Notes under the pieces: generated by a model | What the model was told of the DNA's origin: nothing | Databases searched by the model: none | What the model saw: only the letters and a program-made list of their open reading frames with translations | In this document: one piece after another, positions 38,279 to 50,313 of the stretch | How the letters are laid out: each line of letters opens with the position of its first letter | Numbering within the stretch: position 1 is the first letter of the stretch | Made by a program: the position numbers and the translations under genes | DNA from: Octopus sinensis | Taxonomy: Eukaryota | NCBI RefSeq assembly: GCF_006345805.1 | Contig: NC_043001.1 | Location: forward strand, 30,070,001 to 30,134,000 | Length of the DNA stretch: 64,000 bases | Direction of reading: 5' to 3'

Positions 38279-38532
38279 TGTGAGGTATACTTGCCATCTC
38301 AATATGGCTAACCACTAAGGGTGGGTGTTACTGTAGCTTGTAGCCCCAGGAGAACATCGTCTCCAGCTGGCTTTAGGCAAACTATCTGTGCCCTTATGGT
38401 ATTTGCAAATACCATAAGGGCACAGAAAGTGTGCCTAAAGCCAGCTGGAGACGATGATCTCCTGGGACTAAAAGCTACAGTAACACCCACCCTTAGTGGT
38501 TAGCCATATTGAGATGGCAAGTATACCTCACA
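38279..38532. repeat. 254-bp near-perfect palindrome with no central spacer
   Basis: tgtgaggtatacttgcc...ggtatttg|caaatacc...ggcaagtatacctcaca; centre at 38405/38406. Confidence 0.95.
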
Positions 38533-39559
38533 TTGTCGTGCAGTTACTGTTTATACCTCGTTCAGAGATTTATTTATATTTCTATTTTTCACATTAGTAT
38601 TTGCTAAACATTTACCATTAATTAACCTTTGACATTTGTTTTATTGGAATGTCTTAAAATCATTTGTGAAATATTGGCACATAAAATACACCAATCCGAC
38701 CGTGACCGTTGCCAGCCTCGCCTGGCACCTGTGCAGGTGGCACGTAAAAAGCACTCACGGAGTGGTTGGCGTTAGGAAGGGCATCCAGCTGTAGAAACAT
38801 TGCCAGATAAGACTGGAGCCTGGTGCAGCCTTCTGGCTTCCCAGATCCCCGGTTGAACCGTCCAACCCATGCTAGCATGGAGAACGGACGTTAAATGATG
38901 ATGATGATGATTAAAACATGTAAATATGTACAGGCATGCAAGGATGTGTGTGTCTGTGTGCAAATATGGACTTAAGCTTATAGATGCACACATGCACACT
39001 ATCACCTACTCACAAAGCTAGCAATCATACCAATACCTATTTTGATGTTTGTTTCTTTTCAAAATGAGCTGAAATATAAGATACCTTTTATTTGGCTTTT
39101 GAGATCAAATAAAGATTTAATCTTCATAAAATAGGCCAAACACAAACCAGTTTGGCAGAACCTACCCCTTTTCAAGTGATATATTCATGAGAACAGTTGA
39201 ACTCTGCACTGCATGCTGCTGAAGCGTGAAACATCATTAACCCTTTTAGCATTCAGGTTATTCTGTCAAATGTAACACTTATCTATTCACATTATTTTGA
39301 ATTATTCATGCATTACCTCACAGCCTTGAGCATCTGATATATGATTGTTTATTTTTAGAATGACATTGTAGGGTAGGTAAGAGAGGCTGGATCTGGCTAG
39401 ATTGAACATAAAACAATTAGAATATTTGAGCTGGATATGGCCAGTTTAAATGGTAAAGCGTTAACATTGATTTTGCTACTATATCAGTGACATACTTATT
39501 TCATTCAATATATTTTCTTATACTCCTTCCTGGCTCTCTCTCTCGCCTCACTCCAAAGT

Positions 39560-39822
39560 TTCTTCTTTAATCAATTCACCTAGTTCTCATGGTCTCTCTA
39601 AATACTGAGCATCACTGTAAATGAGGATTTCTCCTGGCAAAAGAACATCCTTAAAATATATATCCCAAAGACTAGCCCTTCTCTTCAGAGCCAGAAAATA
39701 TTTCAGCCCTCCAAACAGCTACAGACATTCCACAAGACTCCACAAGATAGAGTATCGCTCCCACCTCGAAAGCAGTGCTGCTGCTACACATTTGGGTATC
39801 CGAGACCTCATCCAGGGAAGGG

Positions 39823-39825
<3 letters not shown>
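39560..39825 (+). mobile_element. Degenerate non-LTR RT C-terminal fragment (CR1/Jockey-like)
   Basis: Frameshifted ILSITVNEDFSWQKNI.. / RLALLFRARKYFSP..IEYRSH..DLIQGR resembles the LG.TI..DLSW..HI / LYK..IRP.LEYCSH pattern. Confidence 0.6.
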
Positions 39826-39853
<28 letters not shown>

Positions 39854-40018
39854 TATATTGATAATTTCATTCAATTACTAACAGCCACACTCTATCCGGC
39901 AAGCCTGCTGTCTCCTCTCTCTGTCATTCCTATTCCTACTATAATGATCTCAGTTCCTCTGAGTTGGTCTTGTACCTCTTTCAGTTGATTCTTCATCTCT
40001 GATCACCTCTGTTACATC

Positions 40019-41714
40019 TGTTAGAATACGACCGTATGTGAGGAGTTTAGTGACATATTTCTCCTCTTGTACAGATGCGCACGGCCGCATCCCAACATAA
40101 CATAATGTTATATAAGCCATAATACATGTTTGTATGCAGTGCCAGAGTAGATGAATAAAGGACTCCAAAAACCGTTCTTCTTTTATAAAGAGAAGATAGA
40201 TTTTATTCACAGTGTACAAAGAGATTTGTGATTATTAGCGTAGTGTTGTGTCATGAATGCATGCTTATAATATTTGTATCTGTGTGTTCGTGTGTGCTAC
40301 AGAAGAACAGAATAAGGTGTATGCGAATACAACAGAGCATAAGAGAAGTCTCAACATTTTGAGTTCAAATGGAGTTATTTTAGAGTTATTTTACCAGTTC
40401 ATGTAGTACACGATAATGAGTTCTATAACAAGATTTGAGTCTCGGAGCGGAGATTAGTTGAATCACTTGTTGTGCATATTTTTCTCTTGATATAGATATT
40501 CTTTCAGATATATAAATATCCCTTTATTATTATGTGCTGATAATTTCTCCATGTTACTACGATAATTTTGCCCGTCCAAGTCCTCGCTCTCTCCACTATC
40601 AACTCTCTCCTATCAACCTTCGCGTATTCGCGGTGCGCCCACCCTTGCCCACCCCACCACCAATACCGGATATCTCTATATTTTGCTCCATCTATACCGG
40701 ATGTCGCTTCTCCCACCACCATTATAGGTGTCTACTCTTCGAACCCCCCTCTTCAATATGCTATTTCACCATGCATTACCCCTCTCGTGATATCCTACGT
40801 TCTACTTGTCTAGAACCTGTCATCGTTTCTCCGAACACCCCTCCCCACTGGTGCTCCCCTATATTCCTGCACCCCCCCCCCACATAAAAAAAGCACCATC
40901 CGAACGTGGCCGATGCCAGCACCGCCCCGACTGGCTTCTGTGCAGGTGGCACATAAAAAAGCACCAACCGACCGTGGCCGATGCCAGACCCCTCTGGCAC
41001 CTGTGCAGGTGGCACGTAAAAAGCACCCACTACACTCGCGGAGTGGTTGGCGTTAGGAAGGGCATCCAGCTGTAGAAACACTGCCAGACCAGACTGGAGC
41101 CTGGGGCAGCCCCTGGCTCCCCAGACCCCGGTCAAACCGTCCAACCCGTGCTAGCGCGGAAAACGGACGTTAAACGATGATGATGATGATGATGATGATG
41201 ATGATACTGCAACTGTTTTTCCGTGGTTAGATTTTCACACTAACAGCATGAGTTGAATCTGTATTTATCTTGTGTACACGTTGAAATCTTTATAGATGGA
41301 GATGATGTTGGTGATGACGTTATGTCTGTCGCTGGTTTACAATAGCGTCTTCACAGTATGGTTGGGTTGGCTGTCGTCTGCCTTTCGAACTGGAACATTG
41401 TTGAGTAAGCTCTGTGTGGTCTCCGACCAGACCTTAGAAGGTCTTGAGCCAAAAGATGGTGAATCGTGAGATGATCAGCCTATTTATGGAATTAAGATAG
41501 CTCAAATGAAAGTTCCTATCCGAAAGCTGTGATTGGTCAGTTTACACACTGGCACAAAATAAGTAGAGAGACAGACCGCACTTAGATGCTAACCAATCAG
41601 ATCAGTGGACACAACAAGGTTAAACTAGCCAAAGATGTTTGTAATCTCAAACGAGATCATTCCTAATGTTTTTCTCAAACAGTGAAGATAGCAGAAGATA
41701 GCAATATTGCTACA
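40019..41714 (-). mobile_element. Candidate solo LTR (~1 kb) interrupted by an RTE-tail element at approx. 40520-41205
   Basis: TG...CA termini, CATC on both flanks, CCAAT-like motifs; the purine-rich minus-strand flanks look continuous when it is removed. Confidence 0.42.
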
Positions 41715-42580
41715 CATCCATATCTCTCTTAGTTCCTCATTAACCACTATTCCCAGTTCTTCTTGACCTTTTGGCATCTTCTCCCTGCTTTTGTCTTTCC
41801 TGCAACAGTTTTAATGGAACAGTAACAGCATCAAGCTCATTAGTTTCAAAGGGCCTGACAGGATCATGAGTACTGCCCCTTTTTCCAATTTCAACAAGTG
41901 AAATTCCTTCTTCTCTAGAACTGCACCAAATTGGATTTCAATTTTCGGATCTTTCTTTCCAGCTACGTATTTGTAGTAGTTGAAATTAGACTTCAGTTTT
42001 ACCTGTACACAAATCAAAGAGATCCTTTTGAAAGACTACAGGCATTACTCTCTCCTCCTCCACCTCCTCAGCACACTCTGTAAAGTGGTTGGCATTAGAG
42101 AGGGCATCCAGCTTGAGAAACCATGCCACAAGAGACAACTGGAGTCTGGACAGCTCTCCAGCTGGCCAGCACCTGTCAAACTGACCAATCTGTGCCAGTG
42201 TGGAAAACAGACGTTAACCCTTTAGTGTTCGGATTATTCTGTCAAATGTGATGTTTGTTTATTCATATTGTTTTGAATTAATCATGTATTATCTTGTAAG
42301 TTTAGAGATTTCAGTGATGTGATTTTTTTAGTTTTAGAATGATATGGTAGGGCTGAGGTGAGAGGCGAGATCTGGTCAGTTTCAATATAAAACAGTTAAA
42401 TATTTTGGCCGGATATGGCCGGTTTGAATGCTAAAAGGTTAAACGACAGCAAAAAAGACATAGTGGCTGTTATCTCCTTTTGAAATATTCCATTTTATTG
42501 CAAATAATTTATACAACTTTATTCTTGTCTTTTTTAATATTTTGTATCTTTCTTTTTTATTTCATGTCCTGCTTGATTAG

Positions 42581-42808
42581 ATGTCCCTTTTGATTGGCTA
42601 ACACAGAGTAGCCTTTCTTCTTCCATGGAGGTAGATAGTGTGGATTCTGGTATTCAAAGTTCTTTGCTAACAGTGTCCGGTAAAGCTACAGCTGTGTCTC
42701 AAGTTTATCCTACAAGAAAGAGACCAGGTCCAGGTTTTGGACAGAAAAAGCTTAGTGCCATTAAAGATAGTCAAGAGGATCCTTTGGAAGAAAATAGCCA
42801 GAAGATTG
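42581..42808 (+). CDS. PRKDC: DNA-PKcs exon 16: VPFDWLTQSSLSSSMEVDS...RKRPGPGFGQKKLSAIKDSQEDPLEENSQKI
   Basis: attag| and |gtaaat; phase 1/1; resembles human SSFDWLTGSS..SVGPDFGKKRL. Confidence 0.94.
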
Positions 42809-42855
42809 GTAAATTTTATTTCTTGTCTTATTTTTATTATCTATATATATATAAA

Positions 42856-42895
<40 letters not shown>

Positions 42896-45249
42896 TGTGT
42901 GTGTGCATGCGTGCGTGTGTGTGCACGTATATGTTCCTTATGGATTCGAAAACTGAGTGTGCAATGGATGTGGGATGGTGAACATTCAATGCTGAAAAGA
43001 AAAATCAAACAGCATTTCAACTCTGTGTGAGTATATGTGTGTATGTGTAAGTGTGTACAAGGAAAGTATGTGAATGTTTGTACCTGTGATTATTATGTAC
43101 CTTATTTATATATGAAATACTACAATTAGCCATCATTTTTTACAGCGCAGACCCAGCTAGTTTATATAATAATACATGATATAGCTGTGTGATTAAGAAG
43201 TTTGCTTGCCAGCCACATGGTTTCAAAGTTCAGTCCCATTGTGTGGCACCTTGGGCAAGTGTTTTCTACTATAGTTCCAGGTGTTGTGGATTTGGTAGAC
43301 AGAAACTGAAAGAAGCCCACCATATATGCATGTGTGTGTGCATGTGAGTGTGACCTGGTCCTGGCATTGCTTCATTGTTGTAAATGAGTGCCATTGTAAT
43401 ATAAGCCGTGTTGTTCATTTCCATTATTCTGCAAGAATATGTTTGGCAACATAGTTATATTATTACTTTGCTGGGTAACAGGTGATGGTTGGCAAGAAGT
43501 AGAGTATCCAGCCAAAGAAAATCTACCTCAGTGAATTCTGTCCAACCCATGCAGACAAGGAAAATAGATGTTAAAACAATGATACTGGTAATAATAAAGA
43601 AAGATGGTGTATTGACAGAATCTCTTGAACATTAGTCAAAGTCATCATCATCATCATCATCATCGTCGTCGTCATCATCATCCTTTAACGTCCATTTATC
43701 ATGCTGGCATGGATTGGATAGCTTGATTAGAGCTGGCAAGCCAGAAAGCTACACCAGGTTCCTGTCTGATATGGCCAAGTTTCTTAGGCTGGATGCCCTT
43801 CCTAATGCCAACCACTTTACAGAGTGTGCTGGGTGCTTTTAACATGAGACTGGCACGAGTGCTTTTTGCATGGCACCAGCACAGGACTCTTGCAGAGCAA
43901 TCCTCTTCACCAGGGTTTGTAGCCTTAACACTTCTGCTGTGGAGGACCAGTCTTTTTGGGTACAGCAAGGCACCAGGTATCTTGGTCCTTTGTCATTTCA
44001 TCTGAAATGTTCAGTGTTTTGAGGCCATCCTAAATGGATTCTGGTATTGAGTTATCTCTCTTCATGTTCTAAGTTCAAATCTCATTGGGATCAACTTTAC
44101 TGTTCATCCTTATGGGTTTGTTAAAAATGTTAACCTCGGCAGGATTTGAACTCCAGATGTAAAGAACCAAAAGAAATACCACAAGGCATACTTTGTATTG
44201 CTCTAACAACTTTGCCAATACACTACCCTAGTGGCTATTATAATGATGGACAGTATTACATTGAACAACACAATTTCTATATATATAAAGCTGAAGTTGT
44301 CTGTGTATGGCAGGTTTGGTAGCCTTCAACTAACACTATCTCCTCCGAGACCCTGCAGCGCAAGTTAACCAAAATTGAGAGAATGATAGAAGAAGGCTTG
44401 CTCTTCATTCTGTAGAAGATAAAATTCAAATTGGACCATATTAACACCAAAAATTATTTACATCAAAAAGGTGCTTTCTTTTCTATGAAAATCCCTATTT
44501 TTTACAATTTTTTGACTGCTGTGTCGCCATTTTTCGGTGTATTTCAACCAGAAAAATGTTCACTTAAAGAGAATAACAAGCTACATAATGCAAAATTTTT
44601 ACTTTTCAAAAGTTCCAATTCTAAAGGGTCGAAACAAACCTGAGCAACGCTGGGTGATACTGCTAGTATATGGTAATATGCAGTAGCTTGTTCTGTTTTC
44701 AGAGGCAATGTGGCCAGTGCTGGTGTCACATAACTAGCACCCATGCTGGTGGCATGTAAAATGTACCTTTCAAGCATTGGGCCTTACAGATGCAATGGCA
44801 AATGACCAAGACCCTTGGCAATATGCTGTGCTTGAGAAGAAGACCCATCAAGCCAAGTGAAATCATAGTCGTGGCAGATACTGGCATCACGCAACTGGCA
44901 CCTGTCTCAGTGGCACATAAAAGCACTCATTACACTCTCGGAGTGGTTGGCATTAGGAAGGGCATCCAGGCATAGAAACCATGCCAAATCAGACTGGATT
45001 CTGGTGCAACTCACCAGTCCTAGTCAAACCATCCAACCCATGGCAGCATGGACAACAGATGTTAAATGATGATGGTGATGGTGATGATTTCATTTTTTAT
45101 ACTCTGTTCAGCAATCGTATTGTTTGTCATTTAATAAACAGTCATTTATAGTTTTGATGTTTAAACCATGAAACTACATGCATAAATGCACACGTTTCTA
45201 TTATTTAAAAAAAATTTTTTTTTTTTTGTTATTTATATATATATTCAAG

Positions 45250-45359
45250 AAAATAAATCAAGAAAATTTGCTTATCTCAAGAAGCGAGTGCTGAAAGATC
45301 GTGAAGCTCAAAGTCTTTATTTTGCAAAAAAGCAAATTACTAAAAATGAGACTCAAGTT
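45250..45359 (+). CDS. PRKDC: DNA-PKcs exon 17: NKSRKFAYLKKRVLKDREAQSLYFAKKQITKNETQV
   Basis: ttcaag| (AAG acceptor) and |gtaagt; phase 1/0; resembles human [22 protein letters not shown]. Confidence 0.92.
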
Positions 45360-46247
45360 GTAAGTAAATATGCTTGTTTGTTTGTTTGTGTGTATGTACA
45401 GAATATTTTCATGCTGTTTTTTTGTGTGTATGTACAGAATATTTATTGAGTGACCAACAAATGTACAATTTTTTGTATTTGCATATGAATTATTAGTCAG
45501 TCGTTTTGGGTTCAGTGTTTACTTTTTTAGTAATATTATTAGCTATTTGTTTGTGGAGGTGCAATGGCCCAGTGGTTAGGGCAGGGGACTCGCAGTCTTA
45601 GGATTGCGGTTTCGATTCTCAGACCGGGCGTTGTGAGTGTTTATTGAGCGAAAACACCTAAAGCTCCACGAGGCTCCGGCAGGGGGTGGTGGTGAACCCT
45701 GCTGTACTCTTTCAATACAACTTTCTCTCACTCTTTGTTTCTGTTGTACCTGTATTTCAAAGGGCCAGCCTTGTCACACTCTGTGTCACGCTGAATATCC
45801 CCAAGAACTACGTTAAGGGTACACGTGTCTGTGGAGTGCTCAGCCACTTGCACGTTAATTTCACGAGCAGGCCGTTCCGTTGATCGGATCAACTGGAACA
45901 CTCGTCGTCTTAACCGACAGAGTGCCATCATTAGCTATTTGTTACCTGATCAGGTGAGATTCTGATACACACATTTTCAACTAACTCAGTCCTCATTTTC
46001 TCTCTCTCTCAACATAATTTTTTTACAATGGTATCATATGATCTAAGGGAAATTTGGCTGCTATTTCTAGCAGTTTGAATGACCACAGTGCACAGGTGTT
46101 GTTGATGTCTCTATTTAACGCCATCAACTTTAGAAATTTATACTCCCTTATCTTTAACTGTTTTCATCTTTAGGACTTTGACATTGAACATTTTTCTAGA
46201 ATTCAAATATCTCTTGTAGATCTTTAATAATTTATTATTTATTACAG

Positions 46248-46379
46248 CAACTCGTTCATGAACAAAAGTCCAAACATGAACATCAAGTAACTTTGTACAG
46301 GAAATATCGAACTGGAGAACTCCCTGATATACAAATAAAATATTCTGCCTTGATAGCAACATTGCAAGTAGTAGCTCTG
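46248..46379 (+). CDS. PRKDC: DNA-PKcs exon 18 with the YRPD motif: [44 protein letters not shown]
   Basis: tacag| and |gtatgt; near-identical to human [32 protein letters not shown]. Confidence 0.98.
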
Positions 46380-48331
46380 GTATGTATGTTGTTCTGATGT
46401 TTTTATCTGTTTGTTAGAGAAGTTTTCATTTCTATCTTGCATCTACTAGCTAGATTACCTTTGGAGTAGTAAAATATAATACTCTTACTCTTTTACTTGT
46501 TTCAGTCATTTGACTGCGGCCATGCTGGAGCACCGCCTTTAATCAAGCAACTCGACCCCGGGACTTATTCTTTGTAAGCCCAGTACTTATTCTATCGGTC
46601 TCTTTTGCCGAGCCGCTAAGTGACGGGGACATAAACACACCAGCATCGGTTGTCAAGCAATGCTAGGGGGACAAACACAGACACACACATACAACATACA
46701 TATATATATATACATATATACGATGGGCTTCTTTCAGTTTCCGACTACCAAGTCCACTCACAAGGCATTGGTCGGCCTGGGGCTATAGCAGAAGACACTT
46801 GCCCAAGATGCCACGCAGTGGGACTGAACCCGGAGCCATGTGGTTGGTAAACAAGCTACTTACCACACAGCCACTCCTGCGACTATATTTCATTTTATTC
46901 TGAATGTAGCTGACTTTGTACTGGGTGTATCTTAAAAATTTTAATGGCTATATATTAGACCAATGTGTCTAAAATATGTTGAAGTTATGTATATTTGATA
47001 ATCCTCTCTACTATACTAGCATTATAGCCTGGCGTTGCTCGGGTTTGTTTCGACCCTTTAGAATAGGAATTTTTGAAAAGTAAAAATTTTGCATTATGTA
47101 GCTTGCTATTCTCTTTAAGTGAACATTTTTCTGGTTGAAATACACCAAAAAATGGCGACACAGCAGTCAAAAAATCATTAAAAATAGGGATTTACATAGA
47201 AAAAAAGCACCTTTTTGATGTAAATAATTTTTGGTCTTAACATGGTCTGATTTGAATTCTTTCTTCTACGGAATGAAGAGCAAGCCTTTTTCAATCATAC
47301 TCTCAAGACCTGAAATTTGAGGGAGAGGGCTAGTCGATTACATCAACCCCTGTGTGAAACAGATTTTTACTTCATTCACCCTGAAAGGATGAAAGGCAAA
47401 GTCGATATTGGCAGAATTTGAACACAGAGCATAAAGATGAATGAACTACCATTTTGCATTTTGTCCAACATGCTAACAGTTATGCTAGCTTACTGCCTTT
47501 AGATTTAATAATAATTTCTTACATACGCACGAAACCGCAGATTGGATTTGTTGGAGAGGAGTTTATCAAATTGAATCATCTCCAATATATAATTGGTACA
47601 TGGTATATAATTGGTGGCATGTGTAAAAGATTCGAGCGAGGTCGTTGCCAGTGCCACCTGACTGGCACGTAAAAGCACCCACTACACTCTCGGAGTGGTT
47701 GGCACTAGGAAGGGCATCCAGCTGTAGAAACTCTGCCAGATCAAGATTGAAGCCTGATGCAGCCATCTGGTTCGCCAGCCCTCAGTCATACGTCCAACCC
47801 ATGCTAGCATGGAAAGCGGACGTTAAACGATGATGATGTTTTATTGACCCTGAAAGGATGAAAGGCTAAGCTGATCTCAGTAGGTTTTGAACTCAGGACA
47901 TAAGACGGCTAAATTAGAAAGTACCAGATCAAATTTTTATGGGATGACAGTTGCATGATGATTAAAATACTAAAATCTTTAAGTTTACTTGGATAGGTGG
48001 TAAAAGAAACACAAGCCTATCGTTGTTATCAACATATACAAAAGGCAAATCCATAGAAATTTCATCTTTTCCTGTAATATACTGGGTTGTCTGGAAAGTT
48101 CATGCCGATTTATAGTAGCTTACCTTTCGACTTATTGTTAATGTAGGAGGATAACAGTGTAAATGCTACTCATACATACACACCTCACCCTCCACTATAA
48201 ATTGGTAAGAGTAAGAAATAAAATTTGAAGCTGGAAAGCTACAAAATACAATTGGTAAAGTTAGAATTATGTCACCATCTTAACTTTATCCCTCGTTTTG
48301 CTAAGATGATAGAATTCTTTTTCCATTTTAG

Positions 48332-48511
48332 AGAGACAGTACAGTGGCCAGGTTACTCTTTAATTCCTTGTTCAAAGGAATATTTGCTGATGCTGAACAA
48401 GAGAAGGGAGATGAAGACATGGAAACAAGTATTCAATCAGTTCAAAACAGTATTCGTAATATGCTGAAAGCCTCCGAGCAGCATTTCCCTCCATTCATTA
48501 GCTGCATGTTG
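48332..48511 (+). CDS. PRKDC: DNA-PKcs exon 19: RDSTVARLLFNSLFKGIF...FPPFISCML
   Basis: tttag| and |gtgagt; resembles human RDPIIAKQLFSSLFSGIL..FFPPFVSCIQ. Confidence 0.96.
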
Positions 48512-49038
48512 GTGAGTTGTCTCTAACAATTTTTGTTTGTTGAATATTTCACAATTTTAATATTAAAGTAATTCAAGAGTGTAGGATGTGAGTTTGTAAG
48601 AGGTTCGGTTGCTATTTCTAGTATGTTGGGCCACCATACATTGGATAATAAGATGAATCTGTAGCCACTCTCATCTTAAGTCTTTCCAATTAGCAGTGAC
48701 CCTTTGTTTACCCATAACAATATCAACAAATGATGGATCTGTGGAATTTGAAAGTTTCCAAAACTATTTCATTTTCATTATTGTCATATTTTATTTTGAA
48801 TTTGATGGTTTTACACTCATTTAGATACATTAAAAAAAAACATACTTTTGTTATTTCATAGAAACATACATTTGCTCTAGTTATATTGTAGCTTAATCTT
48901 CAGGATCATTTGAAAAAAAATTTCATTTCTATAAACTGAACCTAATCAAGGGCATCAGTATTTGCTTTAACATTTAATGCATTTCGTTTTTAGATTTGGT
49001 TTGCAAGATTCTTTATATGAGTTTGTGTGTTGAAGCAT

Positions 49039-50126
49039 ATTCTGTTGTGTCTGGGGAGAGTCATTTTCTTTTTGTGCCTTATGATTTAACACACTCACCG
49101 GTAAAATTTCCCCTTATTTCTTATTTTTATTTTCCTAAAATTTTCGTTGCGTCTTGCAACCGCTTCAATAGTCAAGACTATTGAAAAGGTTGCCAGACGC
49201 AACGAAAATTTTAGGAAAATAAAAATAAGAAATAAGTGGAAATTTTCGTTGCGTCTTGCAACCGTTTCAATAATCTTGACTATTGAAAAGGTTGCCAGAC
49301 ACAACGAAAATTTTAGGAAAATAAAAATAAGAAATAAGTGGAAATTTTCGTTGCGTCTTGCAACCATTTCAATAATCTTGACTATTGAAAAGGTTGCCAG
49401 ACGCAACGAAAATTTTAGGAAAATAAAAATAAGAAATAAGTGGAAATTTTCATTGCGTCTTGCAACCATTTCAATAATCTTGACTATTGAAAAGGTTGCC
49501 AGACGCAACGAAAATTTTAGAAAATAAAAATAAGAAATAAGTGGAAATTTTCGTTGCGTCTTGCAACCATTTCAATAATCTTGACTATTGAAAAGGTTGC
49601 CAGACGCAACGAAAATTTTAGGAAAATAAAAATAAGAAATAAGTGGAAATTTTCGTTGCGTCTTGCAACCATTTCAATAATCTTGACTATTGAAAAGGTT
49701 GCCAGACGCAACGAAAATTTTAGGAAAATAAAAATAAGAAATAAGTGGAAATTTTCGTTGCGTCTTGCAACCATTTCAATAATCTTGACTATTGAAAAGG
49801 TTGCCAGACGCAACGAAAATTTTAGGAAAATAAAAATAAGAAATAAGTGGAAATTTTCGTTGCGTCTTGCAACCATTTCAATAATCTTGACTATTGAAAA
49901 GGTTGCCAGACGCAACGAAAATTTTAGGAAAATAAAAATAAGAAATAAGTGGAAATTTTCGTTGCGTCTTGCAACCATTTCAATAATCTTGACTATTGAA
50001 AAGGTTGCCAGACGCAACGAAAATTTTAGGAAAATAAAAATAAGAAATAAGTGGAAATTTTACCGGTGAGTGTTTTTAAATCATAAGGCACAAAAAGAAA
50101 ATGACTCTCCCCAGACGCAACAGAAT
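49039..50126. repeat. Foldback element with ~100-bp TIRs enclosing 9 tandem 102-bp hairpin units
   Basis: Left arm attctgttgtgtctggggagagtcattttc..caccggtaaaatt; right arm is its reverse complement; unit landmark at 49239, 49341, 49443, 49544, 49646, 49748, 49850, 49952, 50054. Confidence 0.95.
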
Positions 50127-50222
50127 TTAATGCATTAATACAGGGAAATGCATAACATTGTTTGTTTAAAATGAAACCAAGAAGAGGCTTCATGTCTTTA
50201 ATGGTTCCATGTTTTTTTACAG

Positions 50223-50313
50223 AACATTTTGTATGATATGGACAAAGAATTGCCTATTGATATCAAACAGCTCATTTCATCATCTGCAATAACTGCTAAA
50301 CTTCAACCACTTG
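50223..50313 (+). CDS. PRKDC: DNA-PKcs exon 20: NILYDMDKELPIDIKQLISSSAITAKLQPL
   Basis: tacag| and |gtaaca; phase 0/1; resembles human [30 protein letters not shown]. Confidence 0.9.

Noticed and set aside
38308-38503. Mirror-image 60-aa ORFs on both strands
   Set aside because: An automatic consequence of the palindrome.
49138-50054. CRISPR-like array (palindromic repeats at regular spacing)
   Set aside because: The spacers are identical rather than unique, there are no cas genes, and the context is a eukaryotic intron.
49095-50069. Long ORFs on both strands with a 34-aa repeat (RLATISIILTIEKVARRNENFRKIKIRNKWKFS)
   Set aside because: A by-product of a 102-bp (3x34) palindromic tandem unit; broken by a 1-bp deletion; intronic; no protein-like features.
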